DNA from: Octopus sinensis
Taxonomy: Eukaryota
Direction of reading: 5' to 3'
NCBI RefSeq assembly: GCF_006345805.1
Contig: NC_043017.1
Coordinates: forward strand, 5,084,001-5,148,000
DNA: 64,000 bases
In this document: one piece after another, positions 13,422-27,362 of the stretch
How positions within the stretch are numbered: the stretch's first letter is position 1
How the letters are laid out: each line of letters starts with the position of its first letter
The notes under the pieces: generated by a model
The model's database searches: none
What the model was told of the DNA's origin: nothing
What the model saw: only the letters and a program-made list of their open reading frames with translations
Program-made: the position numbers and the translations under genes

Positions 13422-13461
<40 letters not shown>

Positions 13462-13682
13462 AGTTCAAACTCTGCCGAGGTGAACTTTGCCTTTCATCCT
13501 TTGGGGGGTTGACAAAATGAGTACCAGTTGAGTATTGGGACCAATGTAATTGAATAATCCCCCTCCCCTCAAAATTTCAAGCATTATTGTCAAAGTTAGA
13601 AAGAATTATTATAGCTGTTGATAAAGCGGCAAGCTGGCGGAATCGTTAGCACGCTGGTGGTTCAAGTTCTGCTGAGGTCAAC

Positions 13683-13725
<43 letters not shown>

Positions 13726-13726
13726 G

Positions 13727-14195
13727 AGTGAGAGAGCAGTGCATGCCATCAAAGTGACACTGGGGTAAAATATACGAAGCCCAGTATACCCATCATGACT
13801 ACCCGTCTGATAAGGGTACACTAGGCACATGCATCACAACCATATGTGCGCGACATGGTGATCTCATATCAAGATAAACAGCACATGACCTTGTAGGTGG
13901 GGCCCAGTTAGGATTTTCTTCTGGTCGAGTAGCCCATCCCGCTCAAAAGGTCCCTAATAAGGGTTGTTTAAGGATGTTGAACGAACCACCCATGTTTCCA
14001 GAGGTGAATTATTCAAACCCCAAAGAATCCCTCTCAACACATGGCTATGATGCTCCCCCACTACTTCTGCTCGTGATCAGAGATGCACATACCGTGGGCC
14101 ACTAAGGGACATGCTCAACTGGTTAAGGTCAAACAACTGACAAGCAAATCTGTGGTACTGAGCAGAATATTTGCTGTAGCCCATCTTTTATACCA

Positions 14196-14196
<1 letters not shown>
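13727..14196 (-). mobile_element. Interspersed repeat family S4 inserted in (ATT)n
   Basis: High identity to 21972-22522; both flanked by (ATT)n; fragments at 21728-21760 (opposite orientation) and 58545-58650. Confidence 0.85.
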
Positions 14197-14241
<45 letters not shown>

Positions 14242-15703
14242 GTCATCATTATTATTTGTTTTTCTTTAATATTGTTTCCATTTTTGCTGAGTGCTTCCCT
14301 GATGCTTAGGGCAAAGAAACTTGCTGTATACATTGATAAGCTACTAAAATAAACACACCAGATGTTTTGCAAAACTCAAATAGAGTTATATAAAGACAAA
14401 AAAATCATTATTATTAAAAACAGTGAGCTGTCAGAATCATTAACACACCAGGTAAAATGCTTAACGGGCATTTAGTCTGTCTGTACATTCTGAGTTTAAA
14501 GGGATGATCTCTGCCTCTCATCCCTTTGCAGGTTGATAAACTATGTACCAGTTGATTGCTGGGGGTCGATGTAATTGACTGTCCTGTCCTGCCCTGAAGT
14601 TGCTGGTTTTATATCAAAATTTGAAACCGTTGTATGCAACTGGTACTTAATTTCTCTACCCCGAAAGGATGAAAGGTCGACTTTGCCTTTCATCCTTTCG
14701 GCATTAATAAATTAAGTACCAGTTGTGTACTGGTTCAATCAAATCAATTGGCTCCCTCCCACCAAAATTTTAGGTCATGTGCCTATTGTAGAAAGAATTA
14801 CGCTTCATAATCTTCTACTTATCATTATTATTATTGTTAGATTTTTTTCTGCTGGGATCGACTTTGCCTTTCATGTTTTCAGAGTCAATAAATTAAGTAC
14901 CAGTGAAACACTGGGGTCGATGTAATCAACTAGTCCCCTTTCCTCAACATTTCAGGCCTTGTACCTATAGTATGGGGTCAATGTAATTAACTGAACCCTT
15001 TCCTTGAAATTGCTGGCCTTGTGCCAAAATTTGAAACCACTCTTCTTCTTCTTCTTCTCCTCATTATTATTATTACACTGGGCAAAATGCTTGGCGGCAT
15101 TTTGTCCGTCTTTACATTCTTTACATTCTGCTGCGGTCCACTTTCATCCTTTCAGGGTCGCTTAAATAAGTAGCAGTTATGCACTGGGGTCAATGTAATC
15201 GACTTAATCCCTTCCCCCAAAATTTGAATCCTTGTGTTTCCAGTAGAAAGGATTGTTATCATCATCATCATCATCATCATCATCGTTATTATCATTATTA
15301 TTATCATTTCAAAAAATGACTAAGTATATACTCTTGCCTACTTTATAGCATACACTCTTACACCCCCTCCCTCTCTCCTGCTCTCACTTTTTCTCCCTCT
15401 CTCTCACACCCACACACCTATACACACATACGTACACATACTAATTAACCCACAGTAAAGTACCTGAAGCAGCTTACATCCACATTAATCTTAAACATCA
15501 CTTCGTCATAATTGGCTTCTCATAGGGGTGCGCATCGTATGGCACCGGTGGTGGTGAAGGGCTTATAAGTGGCCAATTACTATCATCATTATTATTATCA
15601 TTATTATTATTACCACCACCACCACCACCACCATCATCATCATCATTATTATTAATCATTGAATTAATTTCCCTCCTTTGCCCCCCCTCCTGCGGCCTTG
15701 CAG

Positions 15704-15837
15704 ACCCAAGTATGACACGGCAAAGTCTTCAGTTCCTTTCTATCATTTTACCAAAGCCAGTCTCCTAACAACATGTCTTGCTACCTCGATCTTATCTATT
15801 CTATTCATAGAGTTGCCAATCTTGATTGGCTCTTAAC
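15704..15837 (+). CDS. Candidate 134-nt exon; its only open frame encodes PKYDTAKSSVPFYHFTKASLLTTCLATSILSILFIELPILIGS-stop (GPI-signal-like tail), or it is a UTR exon
   Basis: Pyrimidine tract TTTCCCTCCTTTGCCCCCCCTCC...TTGCAG acceptor at 15703, donor AAC|GTAAGT at 15838, unique sequence between repeats. Confidence 0.45.
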
Positions 15838-16257
15838 GTAAGTTGGTCTTGTTGTTGTTGTTGTTACATGTTTTCGTTATTGCTGATTGTTTTTTTTTGT
15901 TGTAGTTTTTTTGTTGCTATTTCTAGAATTTTTATTCCATTTTTGCCCATATATGTCTTTATATATACATACATATATATATATATATGATGATGATGAT
16001 GATGATATTATTGTGAGGATATAGATTCCTCTCAAAAGGAATATGTACATATATATATATATATGTACACACACACACGCACACACGCACACACACACAC
16101 ACACACACACTTCTGTTCACCTAAGTGTGATTCTGTGTGGCTGTTACATAAATTTATTGAAATTATCAAAATGTTATTACATATACATATATACACATGT
16201 GTACGTGTATATAAGGGGGAGAGAAAGAGGAAACACTAAAAACACACACATAAACAC

Positions 16258-16298
<41 letters not shown>

Positions 16299-16530
16299 CA
16301 TTTATATATATATATATATATGTGTGTGTGTGCTTCTATTCTTTTACTTGTTTCAGTCATTTGACTGTGGCCATGCTGGAGCATCACATTTACTTGACCA
16401 GATTGACCCCAGGACTCATTCTTTATAAACCTAGTACTTATTTTATCATCTCTTTTGCTGAACTGCTAAGTTACGGGGACGTAAACGCACCACCATTGGT
16501 TGTCAAGTGATGTTGCGGGGACAAACACAC

Positions 16531-16565
<35 letters not shown>

Positions 16566-17330
16566 TATATATATGTATATACATACACACACACTCACAC
16601 ACACATGTATATGAATATATATATAGGGACAGATAGATATAAATGTATGTGTGTACATATTTGGCATACACACACACACATACACACACACAAATGTTAC
16701 CAACAACGGTTCTTTCTATCTTTTAAGAAGTGAAAGAAAGAAAGAAAAGAAAGACAGAAAGGGAGAGAGAGAGAAAAGAAAGATAGAAAGAAAGAAAGAA
16801 GTGAGATGGAAACAGTATCACTCCACTCCTTCCCCCCTTCAATAAAAAAACAAAAACAAAAATTAAACAAAAACAAGGAAAACTGCAGTAAAACCGTTCT
16901 TTGTCTCTTCTTCTCCATGTAAAATAACAAAGAAGATAGGCAAGAATCAGGAAATTGGAAACGATTTCAAGACATGTCCACCAAGCATAGAATAATAATA
17001 ATAATAATAATAAAAACAGTGATGATATCTCATTGTAGTGTGATAAAGTGTATCTGATACAGACTACCCAAACACAAACATACATACATACGCAATACAC
17101 ACACCTCTCTCTTTATATGTATGTATGTGTGCGTACACAAACATATGTGTGTATATATATATATAAATGTGTGTATATATGTGTGTATGTATGTGTGTGT
17201 ATATATATATGTGTATGTGTGTGTGTATATATATATAAATGTATGTCTGTATATGTACATATATGTGCGTGTGTATATATATATATGATTGTTAACAAAT
17301 TGCTCTATGCATCTGTCAACAATATATATA

Positions 17331-17386
<56 letters not shown>

Positions 17387-17503
17387 AAATGCATATCTGT
17401 ATCTGTCTATCAAAAATACAGACACACATACACACAGCACACATATATACATATATATATATATATCTATATATATATACATATATATCTGTATATACAT
17501 ACA

Positions 17504-17537
<34 letters not shown>

Positions 17538-17573
17538 AATGTATGTCTGTATATGTACATATATGTGCGTGTG

Positions 17574-17659
<86 letters not shown>

Positions 17660-18139
17660 CACATATACATCAGTGGATACCATTCCTGTTGTTACAGTCA
17701 GATTTCCTGCTTCCCAAACCATTTCACAAAGAAACTGATATAATTAGATTTAAAATTCTGACAAAAACGATTTTTCTTCCTCTTTCAAAATTTCTCTTTT
17801 GTAGAAATTATTTCTTCTTCTTTTTCTTTGTGTTTTTTTCTTCTTTTTTTCCACCTTCCCTCATCTCCAACTCACACAACTTTGCATTTCTATTTTATTT
17901 TCTTACCTTACGTATGTGTACACACACACCCACACACATGTAATATATATAGTTTAGCACACAAATTTACAGTCATATATATCTGTGTGAGTATACAAAT
18001 GCACATGTATATACACACACACACACACACACAGATACATAGAGAGCTACAGTTATAAGTGTATATGTATGTATGTATGTATGTATGTATAAATATGTAA
18101 GTATATATATATATATATATATATAATGAAATGGAAATT

Positions 18140-18405
18140 GTAGTTGTGATCCCCGTGCTGGTGGCACATAAAAAGCACCATCCTAATGTGGCTGATGCCA
18201 GCATCACCTTGACTGGCTTTCATGCCAGTGGCACGTGAAAACTACCCACTACACTCTTGAGTGGTTGGCATTAGGAAGGGCATCCAGCTGTAGAAACACT
18301 GCCAGATCAGACTGGAGCCCGATGCAGCCTCCTCGCTTCCCAGATGTCAGTTGAACCATCCAACTCATGCCAGCATGGAAAACGGACGTTAAACAATAAT
18401 GATGT
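18140..18405 (+). mobile_element. Retroposon family S3 (LINE-tail type, ends GCATGGAAARCGGACGTTAAAC + (GAT)n)
   Basis: Homologous copies at 30388-30572 (+), 26775-27140 (-), 40795-40915 (-) and 57990-58110 (+). Confidence 0.85.
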
Positions 18406-18744
18406 TTATGATATTGACACTTAGAGAGAAATCTACAAGTATATGTTTGTTGAATATATATGATGGCATGTGACCTAGTGGTTAGGCTGTTGCACTGACA
18501 ATCTCTAGATCATGGGTTTGATTCTCTGACAGGGTGGCACGTTGTATTCTTGAGCAAAACACTTCATTTCATTTTGTTTTGGTGCCCCCTTTCGATCAGA
18601 GGGGTAAAGTTGGCCTGCTCACCTAGCCAATTGGGTGACAGCCTTTGAAGGCTAAAACAATGCAAAAATCATATTGTGACCAGCAATGTATAACAACGTT
18701 TGATAGCCTGGTCAGTCACATGATATATATATATACACACATAT

Positions 18745-18925
18745 ATAGGGTTGAAATTTACAGAAAAACAAAAGATGAAGACAGATGTATAAACAACAAG
18801 CAAGTGTATTAGTTTGACACTCGGGAAGGTGAGAACGTCTTTTACGTTTCGAGCCTGTGCTCTTCAGCAGAAATGAACATGAGGAAATATACAGAGAGAG
18901 AATAAAAAAAAAAAACAGAGAGACA
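18745..18925 (-). mobile_element. (TA)n-inserted hammerhead-like element, subfamily A
   Basis: Minus strand: CATTT CTGCTGA A GAGC ACAG GCTC GAAAC GTA AAAG; homologous to 49972-50150 and 62709-62895. Confidence 0.65.
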
Positions 18926-19701
18926 CACATTGTCTGTGTATGTTTACATACACACATAGCTAAATGTTTCATGTTTCCTTATCTTAAATTTCTGATATTT
19001 TCTATTTTTCTAAGAAAGTTTCCTTATATTTGTTGTGTCAGTCATAAATCATGTTTTGAATTTAAAGTAGAAAGAAAGAAAGAAGGAAGGAAAGAAAGGA
19101 AAAGAAAGAAAGAAATAACCTAAGATAATCATTTCACCTCCAGTCCTCCTCCTTGTACTCTAAACCCCACCCCCAGACACACACACTTGCATACCTGCCA
19201 AATAACAATGAATATCAAGACCATGGTGGTGGTGGTTGTGGTAATAGGTATGATGTTGATGCTGCTGCTAATCATGATGATGATGATGGTGACAATGCCG
19301 ACGGTGTTGTTGGTGGGAATAGTGGTAGTGGTGATGGTGGTGATGATATCGATGACGATGATGATGCCGATGATGATGATGGTTACGGTGATGTTAAATG
19401 ATTCATTTTGCTATATTACTGCAAAATGCCGGATATGAAATATCATAAAATAAACAATAAAAATTTCCAAAAGTCGACAACTGGTTGTCTGTATCAGCAA
19501 AAATTATATTTAGACAGCAATAATCAGTCAATTAAATCAAACCCAGGTGCTTCATTGATATTTTATGTATTTGCTCTCCGAAAGATAAAAGGCAAATTTT
19601 GACCTTGCCAGGATTTGAACTCAGACAGGAACAACTGAAAGTAAATACCACAAGACATTTTGTCTAATGCTCTACCAGTTTTGCCAATGTAATATCTAAA
19701 C

Positions 19702-19983
19702 CAGTGATTCTCAACCGGGGCCCACATGACCCTTGGGGGTCTACATGACCTTTGAGGACCATATCTGGTTTTGTTATAATTTATGTACAATAAATTGGTT
19801 GTTCTTCAACAATTCATTAAATATTTTAACAGTTTGTTTTTTTATACAGTTCCTTAAGATATCTAATTATAAAAAATATAATAGGGCGTTTTTAAACATC
19901 AATTGGCTCTGGGGGTCCAGTAGAGTAAAGCAGGAATCAAAGAGATCCTTAGGTAAAAAAAAAAAAAGGGTTGAGAACTTCTG
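19702..19983. mobile_element. hAT-type MITE
   Basis: TIRs CAGTGATTCTCAACC / GGTTGAGAACTTCTG; 8-bp TSD ATCTAAAC / ATTTAAAC. Confidence 0.85.
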
Positions 19984-20427
19984 ATTTAAACTGGTCGAGT
20001 TTATGACAGACATTTGAGATAACCCTGCCCACCACAACAGAATTCTTGAACAGAATCCAACTTTAAGGACGTTTGCATGGTAGTTTCTGGTAGGTAAGCT
20101 CTGATGTTGCACTGCAATAACAAAACCTTCTGTTTCCCTCTTTTTTGTCGCCATTTATGTGTTAGATTTTGATCAATATCTGAGACAGGTGGTTAGGAAT
20201 TTACCTTTCCAGTTGTCTTCGATATTATTCATTATTAATGTTGTTGTTGTTGTTGTTTAGAAGTCTAGGATTTTTGTATCTGTTGTAGCAGCAGCAGCAC
20301 TGTTCTAGATGTGGGAGCAATAATATTGCATTGTGGGTTTTATGTGACCTTTGTATAGGGGTCAAGGGTCAGTAGTTGTGTGGAGCTGAAATATTTCCTG
20401 ATCTGCAACAGGAAGACCAGTCTTTGT

Positions 20428-20476
<49 letters not shown>

Positions 20477-20541
20477 CTTATCAGACTTTAGACTGTTTCA
20501 TAATTTACTTAAGAGTCTTCAGTCTCTGACTCATCTCTTTC

Positions 20542-20574
<33 letters not shown>

Positions 20575-20813
20575 CCTCTCTCAAGTCTGTCAATAGCCAT
20601 TATCTACTTGTGCTTTCTCTTCCTGGTTCTTTCTACTTGGGAGGTGATGGGCATATGGGTGTGTGTACATATATGTGTATGATTGTGTGTGTGTGTGTGT
20701 GTATATATGTATATATACATGCACACACATAAACATAGTATGTGTGTGTTTATATATATCTATATATGTATGAATGTCTATGTATGTACAAATCTCTGTC
20801 TGTCTCTCTCTCA

Positions 20814-20859
<46 letters not shown>

Positions 20860-20917
20860 GATTGAGTGTATATGTCTGTATATGTGTGGAATGTATGTAT
20901 ACACATACACGCATATA

Positions 20918-20959
<42 letters not shown>

Positions 20960-21380
20960 CTGAGTGTATATGTCTGTATATGTGTGAATGTATGTATACA
21001 CATACACGCATATATATATATATATATATATGCATGTGTGTGTGTGAATGTATGTATGGGCGTGTGTATGTATAAGGAAGTGTGTGTGTATATACCCTTG
21101 TCCCTACTTTTTGCTCTTTCCCTCCTTCTCACCCTTCCCTTTTCCCCCAGTGAACTTACTGACACATCTTCTCCTCCAACAGCAGCTAATTCCTCTGAAA
21201 ATGTCTTTGAACAGATCAGAAGAGTGTTCCAAATTCCATTTGTCTTTCAGGAAGTGTTTGTTCTTCCTTGAAGGACTTCAAGTTGAAACAGTGACCCAGA
21301 GGTCTACATTTATACACACTGACTAAGAAGTTTCGGTTGATAATGTTTAGTTTACATCATCCACTGTACCCTGCCTTAAT

Positions 21381-21414
<34 letters not shown>

Positions 21415-21436
21415 CCATCATCATCATCATTGTCAA

Positions 21437-21666
21437 TTAACCCTTTCATTACTGTATTTCTGTTGAGATGCTCTGTGTTTCTTTCAATTAATTTTAAATA
21501 CAACGAAGAATTTAGTAAAATAATTTAGTTATCATTAAGTTAGTGTTAGGAACATAAATTGTGGCTAAGGTTTGGTGGAAGATTTTAATTCAAAACTTAT
21601 GAAAGCAAGACATTTCTGCTACAGAGCCAGAGGCGGTTTCAACCAGGTTGGTCTCAAAAGAGTTAT
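21437..21666 (+). mobile_element. MITE with TTAACCCTT...AAGGGTTAA termini (piggyBac-like, TTAA target)
   Basis: Reverse-oriented copies at 35488-35717 (both termini intact) and 35278-35464 (truncated). Confidence 0.75.
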
Positions 21667-21683
21667 TAATAATAATAATAATG

Positions 21684-21720
<37 letters not shown>

Positions 21721-21785
21721 TAATAATTGCCCTGATGCAGTACCAGGCAATGGCTCTCATTTATTATCATTATTATTATTATTTA

Positions 21786-21945
21786 TTGTCTTTGCACAGC
21801 TTCTAATGCAGGAGATGTACCACGGTGCTAGCTGTTCACTACCAGTGAACACCCCTTCTTTTTGAGCAACATCCGGAGTATTCAAGCAATTCCAAGCAGT
21901 GCTGTTTTCTGCAAGTGCCCCCACCCTTATTGCAGCCCCTATTTG
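21786..21945 (-). mobile_element. 3' end of an R4/Dong-like RLE non-LTR retrotransposon in (TAA)n
   Basis: Minus strand translates HLQKTALLGIA*ILRMLLKK, matching the QKxxLLGTARILR C-terminal motif of R4/Dong ORFs; flanked by (TTA)n. Confidence 0.75.
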
Positions 21946-21971
21946 TTATTATTATTATCATTATCATTATT

Positions 21972-22522
21972 GAATGAGAGAGCAGTGCATGCTAAGTGAC
22001 ACTGGGGTAAAATATACAAAGCCTGGTATACCCATCATGACTACCCGTCTGATAAGAGTACACTAGGCACATGCATCATAACCATATGTGTGTGACATGG
22101 TGATCTCATATCAAGATAAACAGCACATGACCTTGCAGGTGGGGCCCAGTTAGAATTTTCTTCTGGTCGAGTAATCCATCCTGCTCAAAAGGTCCCTGAA
22201 TAAGAGTTGCTTAAGGATGTTGAAAGAACCACCCATGTTTCCAGAGGTGAATTATCCAAACCTCAAAGTATCCCTCTCAACACATGGCTATGATGCTCCC
22301 CCACTACTTCTGCTCGTGATCAGAGATGCACATATCGTCAGCCACTAAGGGACAAGCTCAACTGGTTAAGGTCAAACAACTGACAAGCAAATCTGTGGTA
22401 TTGAGCAGAATATTTGCTGTAGTCCATCTTTTATACCAAGACAAAACAACGTACACGATAACACTTCCAATCAGTTAAGATCAGAAGCCATGAGAGCCAT
22501 TGCCTGGTACTGCACAGGGCAT
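21972..22522 (-). mobile_element. Interspersed repeat family S4, longer copy
   Basis: High identity to 13727-14196; in an (ATT/ATC)n context. Confidence 0.85.
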
Positions 22523-22850
22523 CTATCATTATTATTATCATCATCATCATCCATCATCATCATCATTATTATTGTGGGTGCAAGACTTAGTGACTTCAGT
22601 TTCTCGACTGGGTGGGGCATTGTGTTCTTAAGCAAAACAATTCATTTGACATTGCTCTGCGGTCACCCCGACACCTGGCGTGTGGCACACGGTACACCTG
22701 TTCAGACAACATCGATCTGCTGGAGAGAGAGAGAGAGAGAGAGAGAGCAAGCTAATGTGTGGCACGAAGATTTGATCGCCATAAACAAACCATTGGTGCA
22801 GGTCATTTGGCAAAAGCTGAATGCTCGTACATTGTCTTCAATGGGAGAGT

Positions 22851-23078
22851 CCATCATCATCACCACTATCATCATCATCATCATCATCATCACCACCACC
22901 ACCACCACCATCATCACCATCATCGTCACCATCACCATCACCATCATCACCACCATCATCACCACCATCATCATCACCATCATCATCACCATCATCATCA
23001 TCATCATCATCACCACCACCACCATCATCACCATCACCATCATCATCATCATCACCATCATCACCATCATCATTATCA
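22851..23078. repeat. (CAT/CAC)n trinucleotide array
   Basis: About 75 triplets; source of the spurious poly-His/Ser/Asp ORFs. Confidence 0.95.
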
Positions 23079-23564
23079 TGTATTCTCTCTTCTTGTTTTC
23101 TTTTGTCTTCATTTTCTTTTGGCTTTGTAACCAATAAATAAAAAGTTCCACCACCACCATCACTACCATTACTCATCATCATCATCATTGATGTTGCTGT
23201 TGTTCTTCTTCTTCTTGTTCTTCTTCCTTCCACTTAATCCTAAATTATGAGCAACGTTCCTATGCTAATTTCTCTTCCGCAAACAAAATTCTGCTCACCA
23301 ACATTTACGAGAACAACAATGCATCTGTCAGAATTGCATAAAAGATTCCTTCAACATAGCAAGTCATGGCTCACATAATAAAAACTGCTGCTACTGCCTC
23401 CCTCCCTCCCTGGATAATTTCTCAATAGAAATGGTAAAAGTTCAAATGATTATTGTTAGTAATAGTGGTGATGATGATGATGATGATGATGATGAGGGTG
23501 GTAGTGGTCATGATGATGTTATGATGCTGATATGGTGATGTAGAGAGATTATTATTATTATTAC

Positions 23565-23963
23565 AGCAGGAGTGGCTGTGTGGTAAGTAGCTTGCTTACC
23601 AACTACTTGGTTCCGAGTTCATCCCACTGCGTGGCACCTTGGGCCAGTGCTTCCTACTATAGCCTTGGGCCGACCAAAGCCTTGTGAGTGGATTTGGTAG
23701 ACGGAAACTGAAAGAATCCCGTCGTATATATGTGTATATATGCATGTGTGTGCTTGTGTGTCTGTGTTTGTCCCCCTAGCATTGCTTGACAACTGATGCT
23801 GGTGTGTTTATGTCCCCGTTACTTAGCGGTTCGGCAAAAGAGACTGATACAATAAGTACTGGGCTTACAAAAGAATAAGTCCCGGGGTCGAGTTGCTCGA
23901 TTAAAGGCAGTGCTCCAGCATGGCCGCAGTCAAATGACTGAAACAAGTAAAAGAGAGAAAGAG

Positions 23964-23965
<2 letters not shown>
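23565..23965 (+). mobile_element. SINE family S1, full length
   Basis: tRNA-like head, internal TA/TG tract, AAGTAAAAGAG tail; further copies at about 24568-24988 (+), 27520-27870 (-), 41828-42204 (+), 47860-48235 (-) and 53810-54190 (+). Confidence 0.92.
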
Positions 23966-23999
<34 letters not shown>

Positions 24000-24725
24000 C
24001 ATTAGCATGCCGGGCGAAATGCGTCGCCGTATTTCGTCTGCCGTTAGGTTCTGAGTTCAAATTCCGCCAAGGTTGACTTTGCCTTTCATCCTTTCGGGGT
24101 CAATTAAATAATTACCAGTTATACACTGGGGTCGATGTAATTGACTTAATCCCTTTGTCTGTCCTTGACCAAACTTCTGTGTCTGTTTTGGCATGGTCTC
24201 TATGGCTGGATGCTCTTCCTGACACCAACCACCCAGCAGAGTGAACTGAGTGCTTTTTATGTGGCACAAGCACAAATGAGGTCAGTTTTGGCTTGGTTTT
24301 TTACAGCAGGATGCCCTTCCAAAAATGCCAACCACTGTGGACAGGATGTCTTTTTAAGTGACGCCAGCACTGGCAGGGTGCAACTTGCAAGATAAAGGAC
24401 CTCTAAGCGGGGTGGGGACATTGAAGGAGGTGATCTTGAGTCAGAAGATGAAGGCTTAGAGTGTGGCAGAGACAGAAACAGCTTTCTTGATGTAGAGGAG
24501 GTACAAGAACCTTGGAGAGGGGTTAGGGCATTGGAGGAGGTGACCTTGTGTCTTATATATACACAAGAATGGCTGTGTGGTAAATAGCTTGCTTACCAAT
24601 CACATGGTTCCGGGTTCAGTCCCACTGCGTAGCACCTTGAGCAAGTGTCTTCTACTATAGCCTCGGACCAACCAAAGTCTTGTGAGTGGATTTGGTAGAC
24701 GGAAACTGAAAGAAGCCTGTTGTAC

Positions 24726-24780
<55 letters not shown>

Positions 24781-24786
<6 letters not shown>

Positions 24787-25030
24787 TGTGTGTCTGTGTT
24801 TGTCCTCCCAGCATTGCTTGACAACTGATGCTGATGTGTTTACGTCCCCATAACTTAGTGGTTTGGCAAAAGAGGTCAATAGAATAAGTACTAGGCTTAC
24901 TAAGAATAAATCCTTGAGTCGATTTGGTCGACTAAAGGAAGTGCTCCAGCATGGCCACAGTCAAATAACTGACACAAATGAAAGAATACATATATATATA
25001 TATGCTAGCATGGAGAACGGACGTTAAACA

Positions 25031-25065
<35 letters not shown>

Positions 25066-25105
25066 ATATATATACACACACATATATATACATACAGAGA
25101 AAGAG

Positions 25106-25136
<31 letters not shown>

Positions 25137-25720
25137 AGAGGTGATAGTCATGATGATTGTGATGATAATGGTGATGATGATGGTTGCGGTATTAGTGAAA
25201 ATGGTGGACAACAATTATGATGATAAGTAAAAACCAAAATTATTGATTTTCCTCTCCATACACTAAAACTCATTACTTCTCTATTCAAAAATGACATTTC
25301 TTTTTAATTTCTGCGCGAGTGAGAGAGAGAGAGAGAAAGAGAAAGAGGAAGATTTCTGAAAGTGCTTGTTTTTTGAATCTTTACATATTTATTGAACTGT
25401 TTTAAACTAACAGCAAATTGCAACACACACACACACATTCATGTGTTGCTATGTATACATAGATACATACATATATGTGTGTGTGTAGGTGATGCATGGA
25501 AATTCTGCTACTGCGGTTAATACTATTGTTATTATCCTAATACAGCTACTAACACTACCACACAACATTCGCAACCACTTTTGTGACTACTACCAATACA
25601 AGTTCTACTACGACTGTGCTGTTTATATCGATTTCTTTCCACTAGGTACAACCTTTCTTCAGTCTCAACATGTAGTAAAGCATGTGATAAAATAACTGAA
25701 ATCTATTTTATATATGTGTG

Positions 25721-25788
<68 letters not shown>

Positions 25789-26034
25789 TGTGTGTCTGTG
25801 TTTGTCCTCCCAGCATTGCTTGACAACTGATGCTGATGTGTTTACGTCCCCATAACTTAGTGGTTTGGCAAAAGAGGTCAATAGAATAAGTACTAGGCTT
25901 ACTAAGAATAAATCCTTGAGTCGATTTGGTCGACTAAAGGAAGTGCTCCAGCATGGCCACAGTCAAATAACTGACACAAATGAAAGAATACATATATATA
26001 TATATATGCTAGCATGGAGAACGGACGTTAAACA

Positions 26035-26066
<32 letters not shown>

Positions 26067-26699
26067 ATATATATACACACACATATATATACATACAGAG
26101 AAAGAGAGAGAGAAAGAGAGAGAGGGAGAGAGGTGATAGTCATGATGATTGTGATGATAATGGTGATGATGATGGTTGCGGTATTAGTGAAAATGGTGGA
26201 CAACAATTATGATGATAAGTAAAAACCAAAATTATTGATTTTCCTCTCCATACACTAAAACTCATTACTTCTCTATTCAAAAATGACATTTCTTTTTAAT
26301 TTCTGCGCGAGTGAGAGAGAGAGAGAGAAAGAGAAAGAGGAAGATTTCTGAAAGTGCTTGTTTTTTGAATCTTTACATATTTATTGAACTGTTTTAAACT
26401 AACAGCAAATTGCAACACACACACACATTCATGTGTTGCTATGTTACATAGATACATACATATATGTGTGTGTGTAGGTGATGCATGGAAATTCTGCTAC
26501 TGCGGTTAATACTATTGTTATTATCCTAATACAGCTACTAACACTACCACACAACATTCGCAACCACTTTTGTGACTACTACCAATACAAGTTCTACTAC
26601 GACTGTGCTGTTTATATCGATTTCTTTCCACTAGGTACAACCTTTCTTCAGTCTCAACATGTAGTAAAGCATGTGATAAAATAACTGAAATCTATTTTA

Positions 26700-26710
<11 letters not shown>
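24781..26710. repeat. About 1.0-kb near-identical tandem duplication (about 24781-25720 and 25783-26710)
   Basis: Identical ORF translations at 25489 and 26478 (offset 989); differences are mainly microsatellite length and one 1-nt indel; junctions in (TA)n. Confidence 0.95.
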
Positions 26711-26742
<32 letters not shown>

Positions 26743-27159
26743 TATATTATATATATATATCATTATCATCATCATCATCGTTTAACATTCGCTTTCCATG
26801 CTAGCATGGGTTGGACGATTTGACTGAGGACTGGTGAACCAGATGGCTGCACCAGGCTCCAATCTGATCTGGCAGAGTTTCTACAGCTGGATGCCCTTCC
26901 TAACGCCAACCACTCCGAGAGTGTAGTGGGTGCTTTTATGTGCCAGTCAGGCGGTACTGGCAACGGCCATGCTCAAATGGTGCTTTTTATGTGCCACCTG
27001 CATGGAAGCCAGTCCAGCAGCACTGGCAACGACCTCGCTCAAATGTTTTTTTCACGTGCCACCAGCACAAGTGCCAGTGAGGCGATGCCGCCAGCTTGGA
27101 AGCCAGTTTGTTGCTCTGGCAATGATCATGCTCAGATGGTACTCTTAAAGCCCCATTAT

Positions 27160-27362
27160 TGTGTTAAACTATCATGTGTCCAAATTTGGCCAAATGCATT
27201 TTTTTTCCATATTTATTTTCACTTGCAATAGCCGGTTCTTTTGGTCAAACAGTTGTATCTTTAGCTGCTTCAGATGCCCAAAATATCAAAAATTGTCAAC
27301 GGTTTTGCTATGGAATGGTGAAACTATTTCTTTGTTTTCTGGGAAAAAAACGTTTTGGACAC
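27160..27362 (+). repeat. Interspersed repeat, with an opposite-orientation homolog at about 32615-32825
   Basis: Shared TGTCCAAATTTRGCCAAATG...CTTGCAATARCCGGTTCTTTTGGTCAA...TTTTGCTATGGAATGGTGAAACTAT. Confidence 0.8.

Noticed and set aside
19153-19438. Asp/Gly-rich ORF
   Set aside because: Degenerate (GAT/GGT)n low-complexity tract without splice sites
20081-20099. TAG|GTAAGC junction
   Set aside because: No real pyrimidine tract and a competing upstream AG
22490-23233. Poly-His / poly-Asp-Gly / poly-Ile ORFs
   Set aside because: (CAT/CAC)n array next to SINE remnants; open in most frames simply because the triplets lack stops
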